Source: the human T2T-CHM13v2.0 reference genome, Homo sapiens. Taken from it: DNA of 64,000 nt. Positions 49,796 through 62,400 of the stretch are shown here, one piece after another. Location of the stretch: the NCBI RefSeq assembly GCF_009914755.1, contig NC_060943.1; one strand, given 5' to 3'. The notes beneath the pieces were generated by a model. The model was not told the DNA's origin, did no database searches, and was given only the letters and a program-made list of their open reading frames with translations. Numbering within the stretch: position 1 is the stretch's first letter; each line of letters begins with the position of its first letter. The translations under genes were made by a program, and so were the position numbers.

Positions 49796-52269
49796 CGTGA
49801 GAGAGACAGAAGTCGGCACACAGACACGCACTGCGCGCGCACACACACAGACACACACACAGACGCATCCCCCCAACACACACACACACACACCCATAAC
49901 GAACACACACGTACAGCAGGGAACACCCACCCGCAGGCAGCCCCTGAAGCTGCCGGGTTCTGCTCTCCGCGACTAAGAGCCACCGGTGAGAGAGCAGCCC
50001 ACGGGCACACAGGCGGACCTGTGCTCGTCATCACAAGGGCTCCACTTTTGGGGAGACTCACCCGCACACCGTCCGCGCACGCCTGAGGCTGGGATGCCGC
50101 GCTGCCTCGCCGGCGATCTGTCTGAGTTTTCTTCCTCCTGGGGTTTCTTCCTGCTGGTGGACCCTCCGCGAATCCCGGCCTCCGGAGACCGTCCTGGTAA
50201 ATGCCCTGGCCAGGACTGGTCTCAGCCCAGACTCAGACGCACGATCACACAGGGCTCCTACTTCGCCAAGTGTCAGGGACCCATCCCCGGGCAACGGTGG
50301 CTTTCACTGTGACCCAAGCGGCGGCTTGGGCCTCGCGCATGCGCACTGGCGAGGCCGACTCCCCCGCTCCACCCCCCCTTACTCCGCAGAGTCAGGCTGC
50401 GGACCCTTTAAAAAATGGCGGCGACGCGGCGGCTGCGGGGCCTGGGGCGGCGGTGCTGGAGGTTGCGGCGGCGGCGGTGGCGGCGCAGCCCGAGGCGGCG
50501 GGTGGGAAGAGGACTGCCAGAGGGGCCTGCGGGAGACCCAGGGTCGGACCCATAGGAGTCCTGTGGTGAGGACCTCCTTGATCGCTCTTCTGCTTCGGTT
50601 CCCGCTGAAGGAGGAGCTTCGGGATGCCGGCTGGGCTGCGCGGACTCCTCTTGGGGTCCGATGATGGATCCAACCGGGTAATCGGGAATGGGGTTCCAAT
50701 GCAGTGAGGCCGAAAGGGTCTCGCCGGGGCACAGAAAGATCCCCAGGGCCGCAAGGCGTGCTGTCGGCTGCAAAGGCACCGACCCATGAGCCCACTGCCT
50801 CCCTCCCTCCTGGCAGGAGCAGGGGCCTGCCTTCATCTCCAAGGCCCGAGGGCTCCGGCATCCCGACGCGGCTTCCGGCGACACGGGCAAAGAGAGACAG
50901 AGGCGAGTCCGAGCTGGAGCCAGCGTGTCCACATGTGGCACTGTCGTCCCCCAAGAGCACATGCAGGCAGCGTGTGTCTTTGAGGCCGTAGGGGGCGACG
51001 ACGAGACGGACAGTGATGTCCAGGCGTGCGCCCGGGGTACCTGCCCCACAAAGCGGAGGAAAAGCCAAGCGCACCTGAAAACCTGCGAGACAGGCCTGTG
51101 CGCGAGTCCACGCCACGTTCAGGGAGGCCCGCCAGAGGAGCGGAGAGGTTTGGACAAAGTACACCCCACCCCCAGCCCGCCGCCGGCTAGGTACCCCTGA
51201 CGCAACCTCCCCTGCACCCAGCCAAAACCCAGTCCCGTTGGCTCCCTGACATCCGTGGCAGCCAAAAGATTCGGTGCTAGAAGGCACTTTCCCCAGGAGC
51301 GGAGGAACCGGTTGGCCCTCAAGAATCAGAGAGGAAGTGCAGGTGGGATGCAACACCGCCTTTCCTAGAAGGCCAATGTCAGGAGCGGTGGGCTTGCCTC
51401 CGCCTCTTCCTGGACCGAGCGTGCAGCCATCACTTGGGCCATGGAGACCGAGAGAGCTTCCCTGTCCCACACAGGTATGGAAGCCCAGAGCTCCAGGATC
51501 ATCACAGCTGCCCAATCATCCAGAAAGAGGTGTGGAGAGGGAAACAATCATGACGCGGACCGCCACGAGGTTTCTCCCTGATGGACGGGGAAGTCTTGTT
51601 TGTGGAAGACACTGAGCCACGCTAAGAAGCCGCCAGGCTTCTCAGAGACGGGGCAGACACAGCAAGAGGGAGGTCAGAGCAGAGGCCAGAGCCCAGGCAG
51701 GATACGGGGGGGCCATGCCACCACCACCGGCATCCGGGGAGGAGTGTCAAACGGGTGACTCGGCCAGGAAGGCCAGCCTTTGAGAGACAGACATGCTTGC
51801 CCCATCCCCTTGCCGGCTTCCTTCTCCGTCCCTGCGTCGAGCTGTGGCTACATTTCTCGATGAGGGCAGAGGGCGACAGGCGTGACAACCACCTTCTTGA
51901 AGCTCTGCGGGCACCCTCCTGCGGGTGGACAATGAGCGCCTGGGAGGCCGTTGTCCTTGGTTGGGGAGCGCTCGTCTGGATCCAGCCTAGCAAAGAGGCT
52001 GCTCCGGATGGGGAGGGGATGAAAACCCCTGCGGGTTCGACGCCGATGCCCACGTTGCCCAGGCCTTCACAGACCCCCAAACTGGAACCGCCGGGACGAC
52101 GACTGCCAACCGGCCACACGACCCAGGCAGAGACGCGGGGAGAGGCTGACCAGAAGAAAGGCCGACGTGCAAGAAACCCACCCTCCGGCGCACAGGGCAC
52201 ATGTGTCCCAAGGCGCACGCACACACAGACGGACAGAGACAGACAGAGAGGGCGACGGAAACAGCGAGA

Positions 52270-52308
<39 letters not shown>

Positions 52309-55300
52309 GACGTGAGAGAGAGACAGAAGTCGGCACACAGACACGCACTGCGCGCGCACACACACAGACACACACACAGACGCACCCCCCCAACACACAC
52401 ACACACACCCATAACGAACACACACGTACAGCAGGGAACACCCACCCGCAGGCAGCCCCTGAAGCTGCCGGGTTCTGCTCTCCGAGACTAAGAGCCACCG
52501 GTGAGAGAGCAGCCCACGGGCACACAGGCGGACCTGTGCTCGTCATCACAAGGGCTCCACTTTTGGGGAGACTCACCCGCACACCGTCCGCGCACGCCTG
52601 AGGCTGGGATCCCGCGCTGCCTCGCCGGCGATCTGTCTGAGGTTTCTTCCTCTTGGGGTTTCTTCCTGCTGGTGGACCCTCCGCGAATCCCGGCCTCCGG
52701 AGACCGTCCTGGTAACTGCCCTGGCCAGGACTGGTCTCAGCCCAGACTCAGACGCACGATCACACAGGGCTCCTACTTCGCCAAGTGTCAGGGACCCATC
52801 CCCGGGCAACGGTGGCTTTCACTGTGACCCAAGCGGCGGCTTGGGCCTCGCGCATGCGCACTGGCGAGGCCGACTCCCCCGCTCCACCCCCCCTTACTCC
52901 GCAGAGTCAGGCTGCGGACCCTTTAAAAAATGGCGGCGACGCGGCGGCTGCGGGGCCTGGGGCGGCGGTGCTGGAGGTTGCGGCGGCGGCGGTGGCGGCG
53001 CAGCCCGAGGCGGCGGGTGGGAAGAGGACTGCCAGAGGGGCCTGCGGGAGACCCAGGGTCGGACCCATAGGAGTCCTGTGGTGAGGACCTCCTTGATCGC
53101 TCTTCTGCTTCGGTTCCCGCGAAAGGAGGAGCTTCGGGATGCCGGCTGGGCTGCGCGGACTCCTCTTGGGGTCCGATGATGGATCCAACCGGGTGATCGG
53201 GAATGGGGTTCCAATGCAGTGAGGCCGAAAGGGTCTCGCCGGGGCACAGAAAGATCCCCAGGGCCGCAAGGCGTGCTGTCGGCTGCAAAGGCACCGACCC
53301 ATGAGCCCACTGCCTCCCTCCCTCCTGGCAGGAGCAGGGGCCTGCCTTCATCTCCAAGGCCCGAGGGCTCCGGCATCCCGACGCGGCTTCCGGCGACACG
53401 GGCAAAGAGAGACAGAGGCGAGTCCGAGCTGGTGCCAGCGTGTCCACATGTGGCACTGTCGTCCCCCAAGAGCACATGCAGGCAGCGTGTGTCTTTGAGG
53501 CCGTAGGGGGCGACGACGAGACGGACAGTGATGTCCAGGCGTGCGCCCGGGGGGCCACTGGAGACCTGCCCCACAAAGCGGAGGAAAAGCCAAGCGCACC
53601 TGAAAACCTGCGAGACAGGGCCTGTGCGCGAGTCCACGCCACGTTCAGGGAGGCCCGCCAGAGGAGCCGAGAGGTTTGGACAAAGTACACCCCACCCCCA
53701 GCCCGCCGCCGGCTAGGTACCCCTGACGCAACCTCCCCTGCACCCAGCCAAAACCCAGTCCCGTTGGCTCCCTGACATCCGTGGCAGCCAAAAGATTCGG
53801 TGCTAGAAGGCACTTTCCCCAGGAGCGGAGGAAGCAGTTGGCCCTCAAGAATCAGAGAGGAAGTGCAGGTGGGATGCAACACCGCCTTTCCTAGAAGGCC
53901 AATGTCAGGAGCGGTGGGCTTGCCTCCGCCTCTTCCTGGACCGAGCGTGCAGCCATCACTTGGGCCATGGAGACCGAGAGAGCTTCCCTGTCCCACACAG
54001 GTATGGAAGCCCAGAGCTCCAAGATCACCACAGCTGCCCAATCATCCAGAAAGAGGTGTGGAGAGGGAAACAATCATGACGCGGACCGCCACGAGGTTTC
54101 TCCCTGATGGACGGGGAAGTCTTCTTTGTGGAAGACACTGAGCCACACTAAGAAGCCGCCAGGCTTCTCAGAGACGGGGCAGACACAGCAAGAGGGAGGT
54201 CAGAGCAGACGCCAGAGCACAGGCAGGATACGGGGGGACCATGCCACCACCACCGGCATCCGGGGAGGACTGTCAAACGGGTGACTCGGCCAGGAAGGCC
54301 AGCCTTTGAGAGACAGACATGCTTGCCGCCCCATCCCCTTGCCGGCTTCCTTCTCCGTCCCTGCGTCGAGCTGTGGCTACATTTCTCGATGAGGGCAGAG
54401 GGCGACAGGCGTGACAACCACCTTCTTGAAGCTCTGCGGGCACCCTCCTGCGGGTGGACAATGAGCGCCTGGGAGGCCGTTGTCCTTGGTTGGGGAGCGC
54501 TCGTCTGGATCCAGCCTAGCAAAGAGGCTGCTCCGGATGGGGAGGGGATGAAAACCCTGCGGGTCCGACGCCCATGCCCACGTTGCCCAGGCCTTCACAG
54601 ACCCCCAAACTGGAACCGCCGGGACGACGACTGCCAACCGGCCACACGACCCAGGCAGAGACGCGGGGACACGCTGACCAGAAGAAAGGCCGACGTGCAA
54701 GAAACCCACCCTCCGGCGCACAGGGCCCATGTGTCCCAAGGCGCACGCACACACAGACGGACAGAGACAGAAAGAGAGGGCGACCGAAAGAGCGAGAAGG
54801 GAGAGAGACAGAGAGAGAGAGAGACAGAGAGAGACGTGAGAGAGAGACAGAAGTCGGCACACAGACACGCACTGCGCGCGCACACACACAGACACACACA
54901 CAGACGCATCCCCCCAACACACACACACACACACCCATAACGAACACACACGTACAGCAGGGAACACCCACCCGCAGGCAGCCCCTGAAGCTGCCGGGTT
55001 CTGCTCTCCGCGACTAAGAGCCACCGGTGAGAGAGCAGCCCACGGGCACACAGGCGGACCTGTGCTCGTCATCACAAGGGCTCCACTTTTGGGGAGACTC
55101 ACCCGCACACCGTCCGCGCACGCCTGAGGCTGGGATGCCGCGCTGCCTCGCCGGCGATCTGTCTGAGTTTTCTTCCTCCTGGGGTTTCTTCCTGCTGGTG
55201 GACCCTCCGCGAATCCCGGCCTCCGGAGACCGTCCTGGTAAATGCCCTGGCCAGGACTGGTCTCAGCCCAGACTCAGACGCACGATCACACAGGGCTCCT

Positions 55301-55622
55301 ACTTCGCCAAGTGTCAGGGACCCATCCCCGGGCAACGGTGGCTTTCACTGTGACCCAAGCGGCGGCTTGGGCCTCGCGCATGCGCACTGGCGAGGCCGAC
55401 TCCCCCGCTCCACCCCCCCTTACTCCGCAGAGTCAGGCTGCGGACCCTTTAAAAAATGGCGGCGACGCGGCGGCTGCGGGGCCTGGGGCGGCGGTGCTGG
55501 AGGTTGCGGCGGCGGCGGTGGCGGCGCAGCCCGAGGCGGCGGGTGGGAAGAGGACTGCCAGAGGGGCCTGCGGGAGACCCAGGGTCGGACCCATAGGAGT
55601 CCTGTGGTGAGGACCTCCTTGA
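40113..55622. repeat. Three-monomer (7565 bp) tandem duplication, U17-19 to U20-22
   Basis: Seen: unit lengths 2524/2515/2526 are repeated, and the 10 bp deletion junction lies at 43471 and 51036 (+7565). Only three private SNPs were noticed (43206, 51502, 53836). Confidence 0.88.
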
Positions 55623-57326
55623 GCGCTCTTCTGCTTCGGTTCCCGCTGAAGGAGGAGCTTCGGGATGCCGGCTGGGCTGCGCGGACTCCTCTTGGGGTCC
55701 GATGATGGATCCAACCGGGTGATCGGGAATGGGGTTCCAATGCAGTGAGGCCGAAAGGGTCTCGCCGGGGCACAGAAAGATCCCCAGGGCCGCAAGGCGT
55801 GCTGTCGGCTGCAAAGGCACCGACCCATGAGCCCACTGCCTCCCTCCCTCCTGGCAGGAGCAGGGGCCTGCCTTCATCTCCAAGGCCCGAGGGCTCCGGC
55901 ATCCCGACGCGGCTTCCGGCGACACGGGCAAAGAGAGACAGAGGCGAGTCCGAGCTGGAGCCAGCGTGTCCACATGTGGCACTGTCGTCCCCCAAGAGCA
56001 CATGCAGGCAGCGTGTGTCTTTGAGGCCGTAGGGGGCGACGACGAGACGGACAGTGATGTCCAGGCGTGCGCCCGGGGGGCCACTGGAGACCTGCCCCAC
56101 AAAGCGGAGGAAAAGCCAAGCGCACCTGAAAACCTGCGAGACAGGGCCTGTGCGCGAGTCCACGCCACGTTCAGGGAGGCCCGCCAGAGGAGCCGAGAGG
56201 TTTGGACAAAGTACACCCCACCCCCAGCCCGCCGCCGGCTAGGTACCCCTGAGGCAACCTCCCCTGCACCCAGCCAAAACCCAGTCCCGTTGGCTCCCTG
56301 ACATCCGTGGCAGCCAAAAGATTCGGTGCTAGAAGGCACTTTCCCCAGGAGCGGAGGAACCGGTTGGCCCTCAAGAATCAGAGAGGAAGTGCAGGTGGGA
56401 TGCAACACCGCCTTTCCTAGAAGGCCAATGTCAGGAGCGGTGGGCTTGCCTCCGCCTCTTCCTGGACCGAGCGTGCAGCCATCACTTGGGCCATGGAGAC
56501 CGAGAGAGCTTCCCTGTCCCACACAGGTATGGAAGCCCAGAGCTCCAAGATCACCACAGCTGCCCAATCATCCAGAAAGAGGTGTGGAGAGGGAAACAAT
56601 CATGACGCGGACCGCCACGAGGTTTCTCCCTGATGGACGGGGAAGTCTTCTTTGTGGAAGACACTGAGCCACACTAAGAAGCCGCCAGGCTTCTCAGAGA
56701 CGGGGCAGACACAGCAAGAGGGAGGTCAGAGCAGACGCCAGAGCCCAGGCAGGATACGGGGGGGCCATGCCACCACCACCGGCATCCGGGGAGGACTGTC
56801 AAACGGGTGACTCGGCCAGGAAGGCCAGCCTTTGAGAGACAGACATGCTTGCCGCCCCATCCCCTTGCCGGCTTCCTTCTCCGTCCCTGCGTCGAGCTGT
56901 GGCTACATTTCTCGATGAGGGCAGAGGGCGACAGGCGTGACAACCACCTTCTTGAAGCTCTGCGGGCACCCTCCTGCGGGTGGACAATGAGCGCCTGGGA
57001 GGCCGTTGTCCTTGGTTGGGGAGCGCTCGTCTGGATCCAGCCTAGCAAAGAGGCTGCTCCGGATGGGGAGGGGATGAAAACCCTGCGGGTCCGACGCCCA
57101 TGCCCACGTTGCCCAGGCCTTCACAGACCCCCAAACTGGAACCGCCGGGACGACGACTGCCAACCGGCCACACGACCCAGGCAGAGACGCGGGGACACGC
57201 TGACCAGAAGAAAGGCCGACGTGCAAGAAACCCACCCTCCGGCGCACAGGGCCCATGTGTCCCAAGGCGCACGCACACACAGACGGACAGAGACAGAAAG
57301 AGAGGGCGACCGAAAGAGCGAGAAGG

Positions 57327-57360
<34 letters not shown>

Positions 57361-60300
57361 CGTGAGAGAGAGACAGAAGTCGGCACACAGACACGCACTG
57401 CGCGCGCACACACACAGACACACACACAGACGCATCCCCCCAACACACACACACACAAACCCATAACGAACACACACGTACAGCAGGGAACACCCACCCG
57501 CAGGCAGCCCCTGAAGCTGCCGGGTTCTGCTCTCCGCGACTAAGAGCCACCGGTGAGAGAGCAGCCCACGGGCACACAGGCGGACCTGTGCTCGTCATCA
57601 CAAGGGCTCCACTTTTGGGGAGACTCACCCGCACACCGTCCGCGCACGCCTGAGGCTGGGATGCCGCGCTGCCTCGCCGGCGATCTGTCTGAGTTTTCTT
57701 CCTCCTGGGGTTTCTTCCTGCTGGTGGACCCTCCGCGAATCCCGGCCTCCGGAGACCGTCCTGGTAAATGCCCTGGCCAGGACTGGTCTCAGCCCAGACT
57801 CAGACGCACGATCACACAGGGCTCCTACTTCGCCAAGTGTCAGGGACCCATCCCCGGGCAACGGTGGCTTTCACTGTGACCCAAGCGGCGGCTTGGGCCT
57901 CGCGCATGCGCACTGGCGAGGCCGACTCCCCCGCTCCACCCCCCCTTACTCCGCAGAGTCAGGCTGCGGACCCTTTAAAAAATGGCGGCGACGCGGCGGC
58001 TGCGGGGCCTGGGGCGGCGGTGCTGGAGGTTGCCGTGGCGGCGGTGGCGGCGCAGCCCGAGGCGGCGGGTGGGAAGAGGACTGCCAGAGGGGCCTGCGGG
58101 AGACCCAGGGTCGGACCCATAGGAGTCCTGTGGTGAGGACCTCCTTGAGCGCTCTTCTGCTTCGGTTCCCGCTGAAGGAGGAGCTTCGGGATGCCGGCTG
58201 GGCTGCGCGGACTCCTCTTGGGGTCCGATGATGGATCCAACCGGGTGATCGGGAATGGGGTTCCAATGCAGTGAGGCCGAAAGGGTCTCGCCGGGGCACA
58301 GAAAGATCCCCAGGGCCGCAAGGCGTGCTGTCGGCTGCAAAGGCACCGACCCATGAGCCCACTGCCTCCCTCCCTCCTGGCAGGAGCAGGGGCCTGCCTT
58401 CATCTCCAAGGCCCGAGGGCTCCGGCATCCCGACGCGGCTTCCGGCGACACGGGCAAAGAGAGACAGAGGCGAGTCCGAGCTGGAGCCAGCGTGTCCACA
58501 TGTGGCACTGTCGTCCCCCAAGAGCACATGCAGGCAGCGTGTGTCTTTGAGGCCGTAGGGGGCGACGACGAGACGGACAGTGATGTCCAGGCGTGCGCCC
58601 GGGGGGCCACTGGAGACCTGCCCCACAAAGCGGAGGAAAAGCCAAGCGCACCTGAAAACCTGCGAGACAGGGCCTGTGCGCGAGTCCACGCCACGTTCAG
58701 GGAGGCCCGCCAGAGGAGCCGAGAGGTTTGGACAAAGTACACCCCACCCCCAGCCCGCCGCCGGCTAGGTACCCCTGACGCAACCTCCCCTGCACCCAGC
58801 CAAAACCCAGTCCCGTTGGCTCCCTGACATCCGTGGCAGCCAAAAGATTCGGTGCTAGAAGGCACTTTCCCCAGGAGCGGAGGAACCGGTTGGCCCTCAA
58901 GAATCAGAGAGGAAGTGCAGGTGGGATGCAACACCGCCTTTCCTAGAAGGCCAATGTCAGGAGCGGTGGGCTTGCCTCCGCCTCTTCCTGGACCGAGCGT
59001 GCAGCCATCACTTGGGCCATGGAGACCGAGAGAGCTTCCCTGTCCCACACAGGTATGGAAGCCCAGAGCTCCAGGATCACCACAGCTGCCCAGTCATCCA
59101 GAAAGAGGTGTGGAGAGGGAAACAATCATGACGCGGACCGCCACGAGGTTTCTCCCTGATGGACGGGGAAGTCTTCTTTGTGGAAGACACTGAGCCACGC
59201 TAAGAAGCCGCCAGCCTTCTCAGAGACGGGGCAGACACAGCAAGAGGGAGGTCAGAGCAGACGCCAGAGCCCAGGCAGGATACGGGGGGGCCATGCCACC
59301 ACCACCGGCATCCGGGGAGGAGTGTCAAACGGGTGACTCGGCCAGGAAGGCCAGCCTTTGAGAGACAGACATGCTTGCCCCATCCCCTTGCCGGCTTCCT
59401 TCTCCGTCCCTGCGTCGAGCTGTGGCTACATTTCTCGATGAGGGCAGAGGGCGACAGGCGTGACAACCACCTTCTTGAAGCTCTGCGGGCACCCTCCTGC
59501 GGGTGGACAATGAGCGCCTGGGAGGCCGTTGTCCTTGGTTGGGGAGCGCTCGTCTGGATCCAGCCTAGCAAAGAGGCTGCTCCGGATGGGGAGGGGATGA
59601 AAACCCTGCGGGTCCGACGCCCATGCCCACGTTGCCCAGGCCTTCACAGACCCCCAAACTGGAACCGCCGGGACGACGACTGCCAACCGGCCACACGACC
59701 CAGGCAGAGACGCGGGGACACGCTGACCAGAAGAAAGGCCGACGTGCAAGAAACCCACCCTCCGGCGCACAGGGCCCATGTGTCCCAAGGCGCACGCACA
59801 CACAGACGGACAGAGACAGAAAGAGAGGGCGACCGAAAGAGCGAGAAGGGAGAGAGACAGAGAGAGAGAGAGACAGAGAGAGACGTGAGAGAGAGACAGA
59901 AGTCGGCACACAGACACGCACTGCGCGCGCACACACACAGACACACACACAGACGCATCCCCCCAACACACACACACACACACCCATAACGAACACACAC
60001 GTACAGCAGGGAACACCCACCCGCAGGCAGCCCCTGAAGCTGCCGGGTTCTGCTCTCCGCGACTAAGAGCCACCGGTGAGAGAGCAGCCCACGGGCACAC
60101 AGGCGGACCTGTGCTCGTCATCACAAGGGCTCCACTTTTGGGGAGACTCACCCGCACACCGTCCGCGCACGCCTGAGGCTGGGATGCCGCGCTGCCTCGC
60201 CGGCGATCTGTCTGAGTTTTCTTCCTCCTGGGGTTTCTTCCTGCTGGTGGACCCTCCGCGAATCCCGGCCTCCGGAGACCGTCCTGGTAAATGCCCTGGC

Positions 60301-62366
60301 CAGGACTGGTCTCAGCCCAGACTCAGACGCACGATCACACAGGGCTCCTACTTCGCCAAGTGTCAGGGACCCATCCCCGGGCAACGGTGGCTTTCACTGT
60401 GACCCAAGCGGCGGCTTGGGCCTCGCGCATGCGCACTGGCGAGGCCGACTCCCCCGCTCCACCCCCCCTTACTCCGCAGAGTCAGGCTGCGGACCCTTTA
60501 AAAAATGGCGGCGACGCGGCGGCTGCGGGGCCTGGGGCAGCGGTGCTGGAGGTGGCGGCGGTGGCGTCGCAGCCCGAGGCGGCGGGTGGGAAGAGGACTG
60601 CCAGAGGGGCCTGCGGGAGACCCAGGGTCGGACCCATAGGAGTCCTGTGGTGAGGACCTCCTTGATCGCTCTTCTGCTTCGGTTCCCGCTGAAGGAGGAG
60701 CTTCGGGATGCCGGCTGGGCTGCGCGGACTCCTCTTGGGGTCCGATGATGGATCCAACCGGGTGATCGGGAATGGGGTTCCAATGCAGTGAGGCCGAAAG
60801 GGTCTCGCCGGGGCACAGAAAGATCCCCAGGGCCGCAAGGCGTGCTGTCGGCTGCAAAGGCACCGACCCATGAGCCCACTGCCTCCCTCCCTCCTGGCAG
60901 GAGCAGGGGCCTGCCTTCATCTCCAAGGCCCGAGGGCTCCGGCATCCCGACGCGGCTTCCGGCGACACGGGCAAAGAGAGACAGAGGCGAGTCCGAGCTG
61001 GAGCCAGCGTGTCCACATGTGGCACTGTCGTCCCCCAAGAGCACATGCAGGCAGCGTGTGTCTTTGAGGCCGTAGGGGGCGACGACGAGACGGACAGTGA
61101 TGTCCAGGCGTGCGCCCGGGGGGCCACTGGAGACCTGCCCCACAAAGCGGAGGAAAAGCCAAGCGCACCTGAAAACCTGCGAGACAGGGCCTGTGCGCGA
61201 GTCCACGCCACGTTCAGGGAGGCCCGCCAGAGGAGCCGAGAGGTTTGGACAAAGTACACCCCACCCCCAGCCCGCCGCCGGCTAGGTACCCCTGACGCAA
61301 CCTCCCCTGCACCCAGCCAAAACCCAGTCCCGTTGGCTCCCTGACATCCGTGGCAGCCAAAAGATTCGGTGCTAGAAGGCACTTTCCCCAGGAGCGGAGG
61401 AACCGGTTGGCCCTCAAGAATCAGAGAGGAAGTGCAGGTGGGATGCAACACCGCCTTTCCTAGAAGGCCAATGTCAGGAGCGGTGGGCTTGCCTCCGCCT
61501 CTTCCTGGACCGAGCGTGCAGCCATCACTTGGGCCATGGAGACCGAGAGAGCTTCCCTGTCCCACACAGGTATGGAAGCCCAGAGCTCCAGGATCACCAC
61601 AGCTGCCCAATCATCCAGAAAGAGGTGTGGAGAGGGAAACAATCATGACGCGGACCGCCACGAGGTTTCTCCCTGATGGACGGGGAAGTCTTGTTTGTGG
61701 AAGACACTGAGCCACGCTAAGAAGCCGCCAGGCTTCTCAGAGACGGGGCAGACACAGCAAGAGGGAGGTCAGAGCAGAGGCCAGAGCCCAGGCAGGATAC
61801 GGGGGGGCCATGCCACCACCACCGGCATCCGGGGAGGAGTGTCAAACGGGTGACTCGGCCAGGAAGGCCAGCCTTTGAGAGACAGACATGCTTGCCCCAT
61901 CCCCTTGCCGGCTTCCTTCTCCGTCCCTGCGTCGAGCTGTGGCTACATTTCTCGATGAGGGCAGAGGGCGACAGGCGTGACAACCACCTTCTTGAACCTC
62001 TGCGGGCACCCTCCTGCGGGTGGACAATGAGCGCCTGGGAGGCCGTTGTCCTTGGTTGGGGAGCGCTCGTCTGGATCCAGCCTAGCAAAGAGGCTGCTCC
62101 GGATGGGGAGGGGATGAAAACCCTGCGGGTCCGACGCCCATGCCCACGTTGCCCAGGCCTTCACAGACCCCCAAACTGGAACCGCCGGGACGACGACTGC
62201 CAACCGGCCACACGACCCAGGCAGAGACGCGGGGACACGCTGACCAGAAGAAAGGCCGACGTGCAAGAAACCCACCCTCCGGCGCACAGGGCACATGTGT
62301 CCCAAGGCGCACGCACACACAGACGGACAGAGACAGAAAGAGAGGGCGACCGAAAGAGCGAGAAGG

Positions 62367-62400
<34 letters not shown>

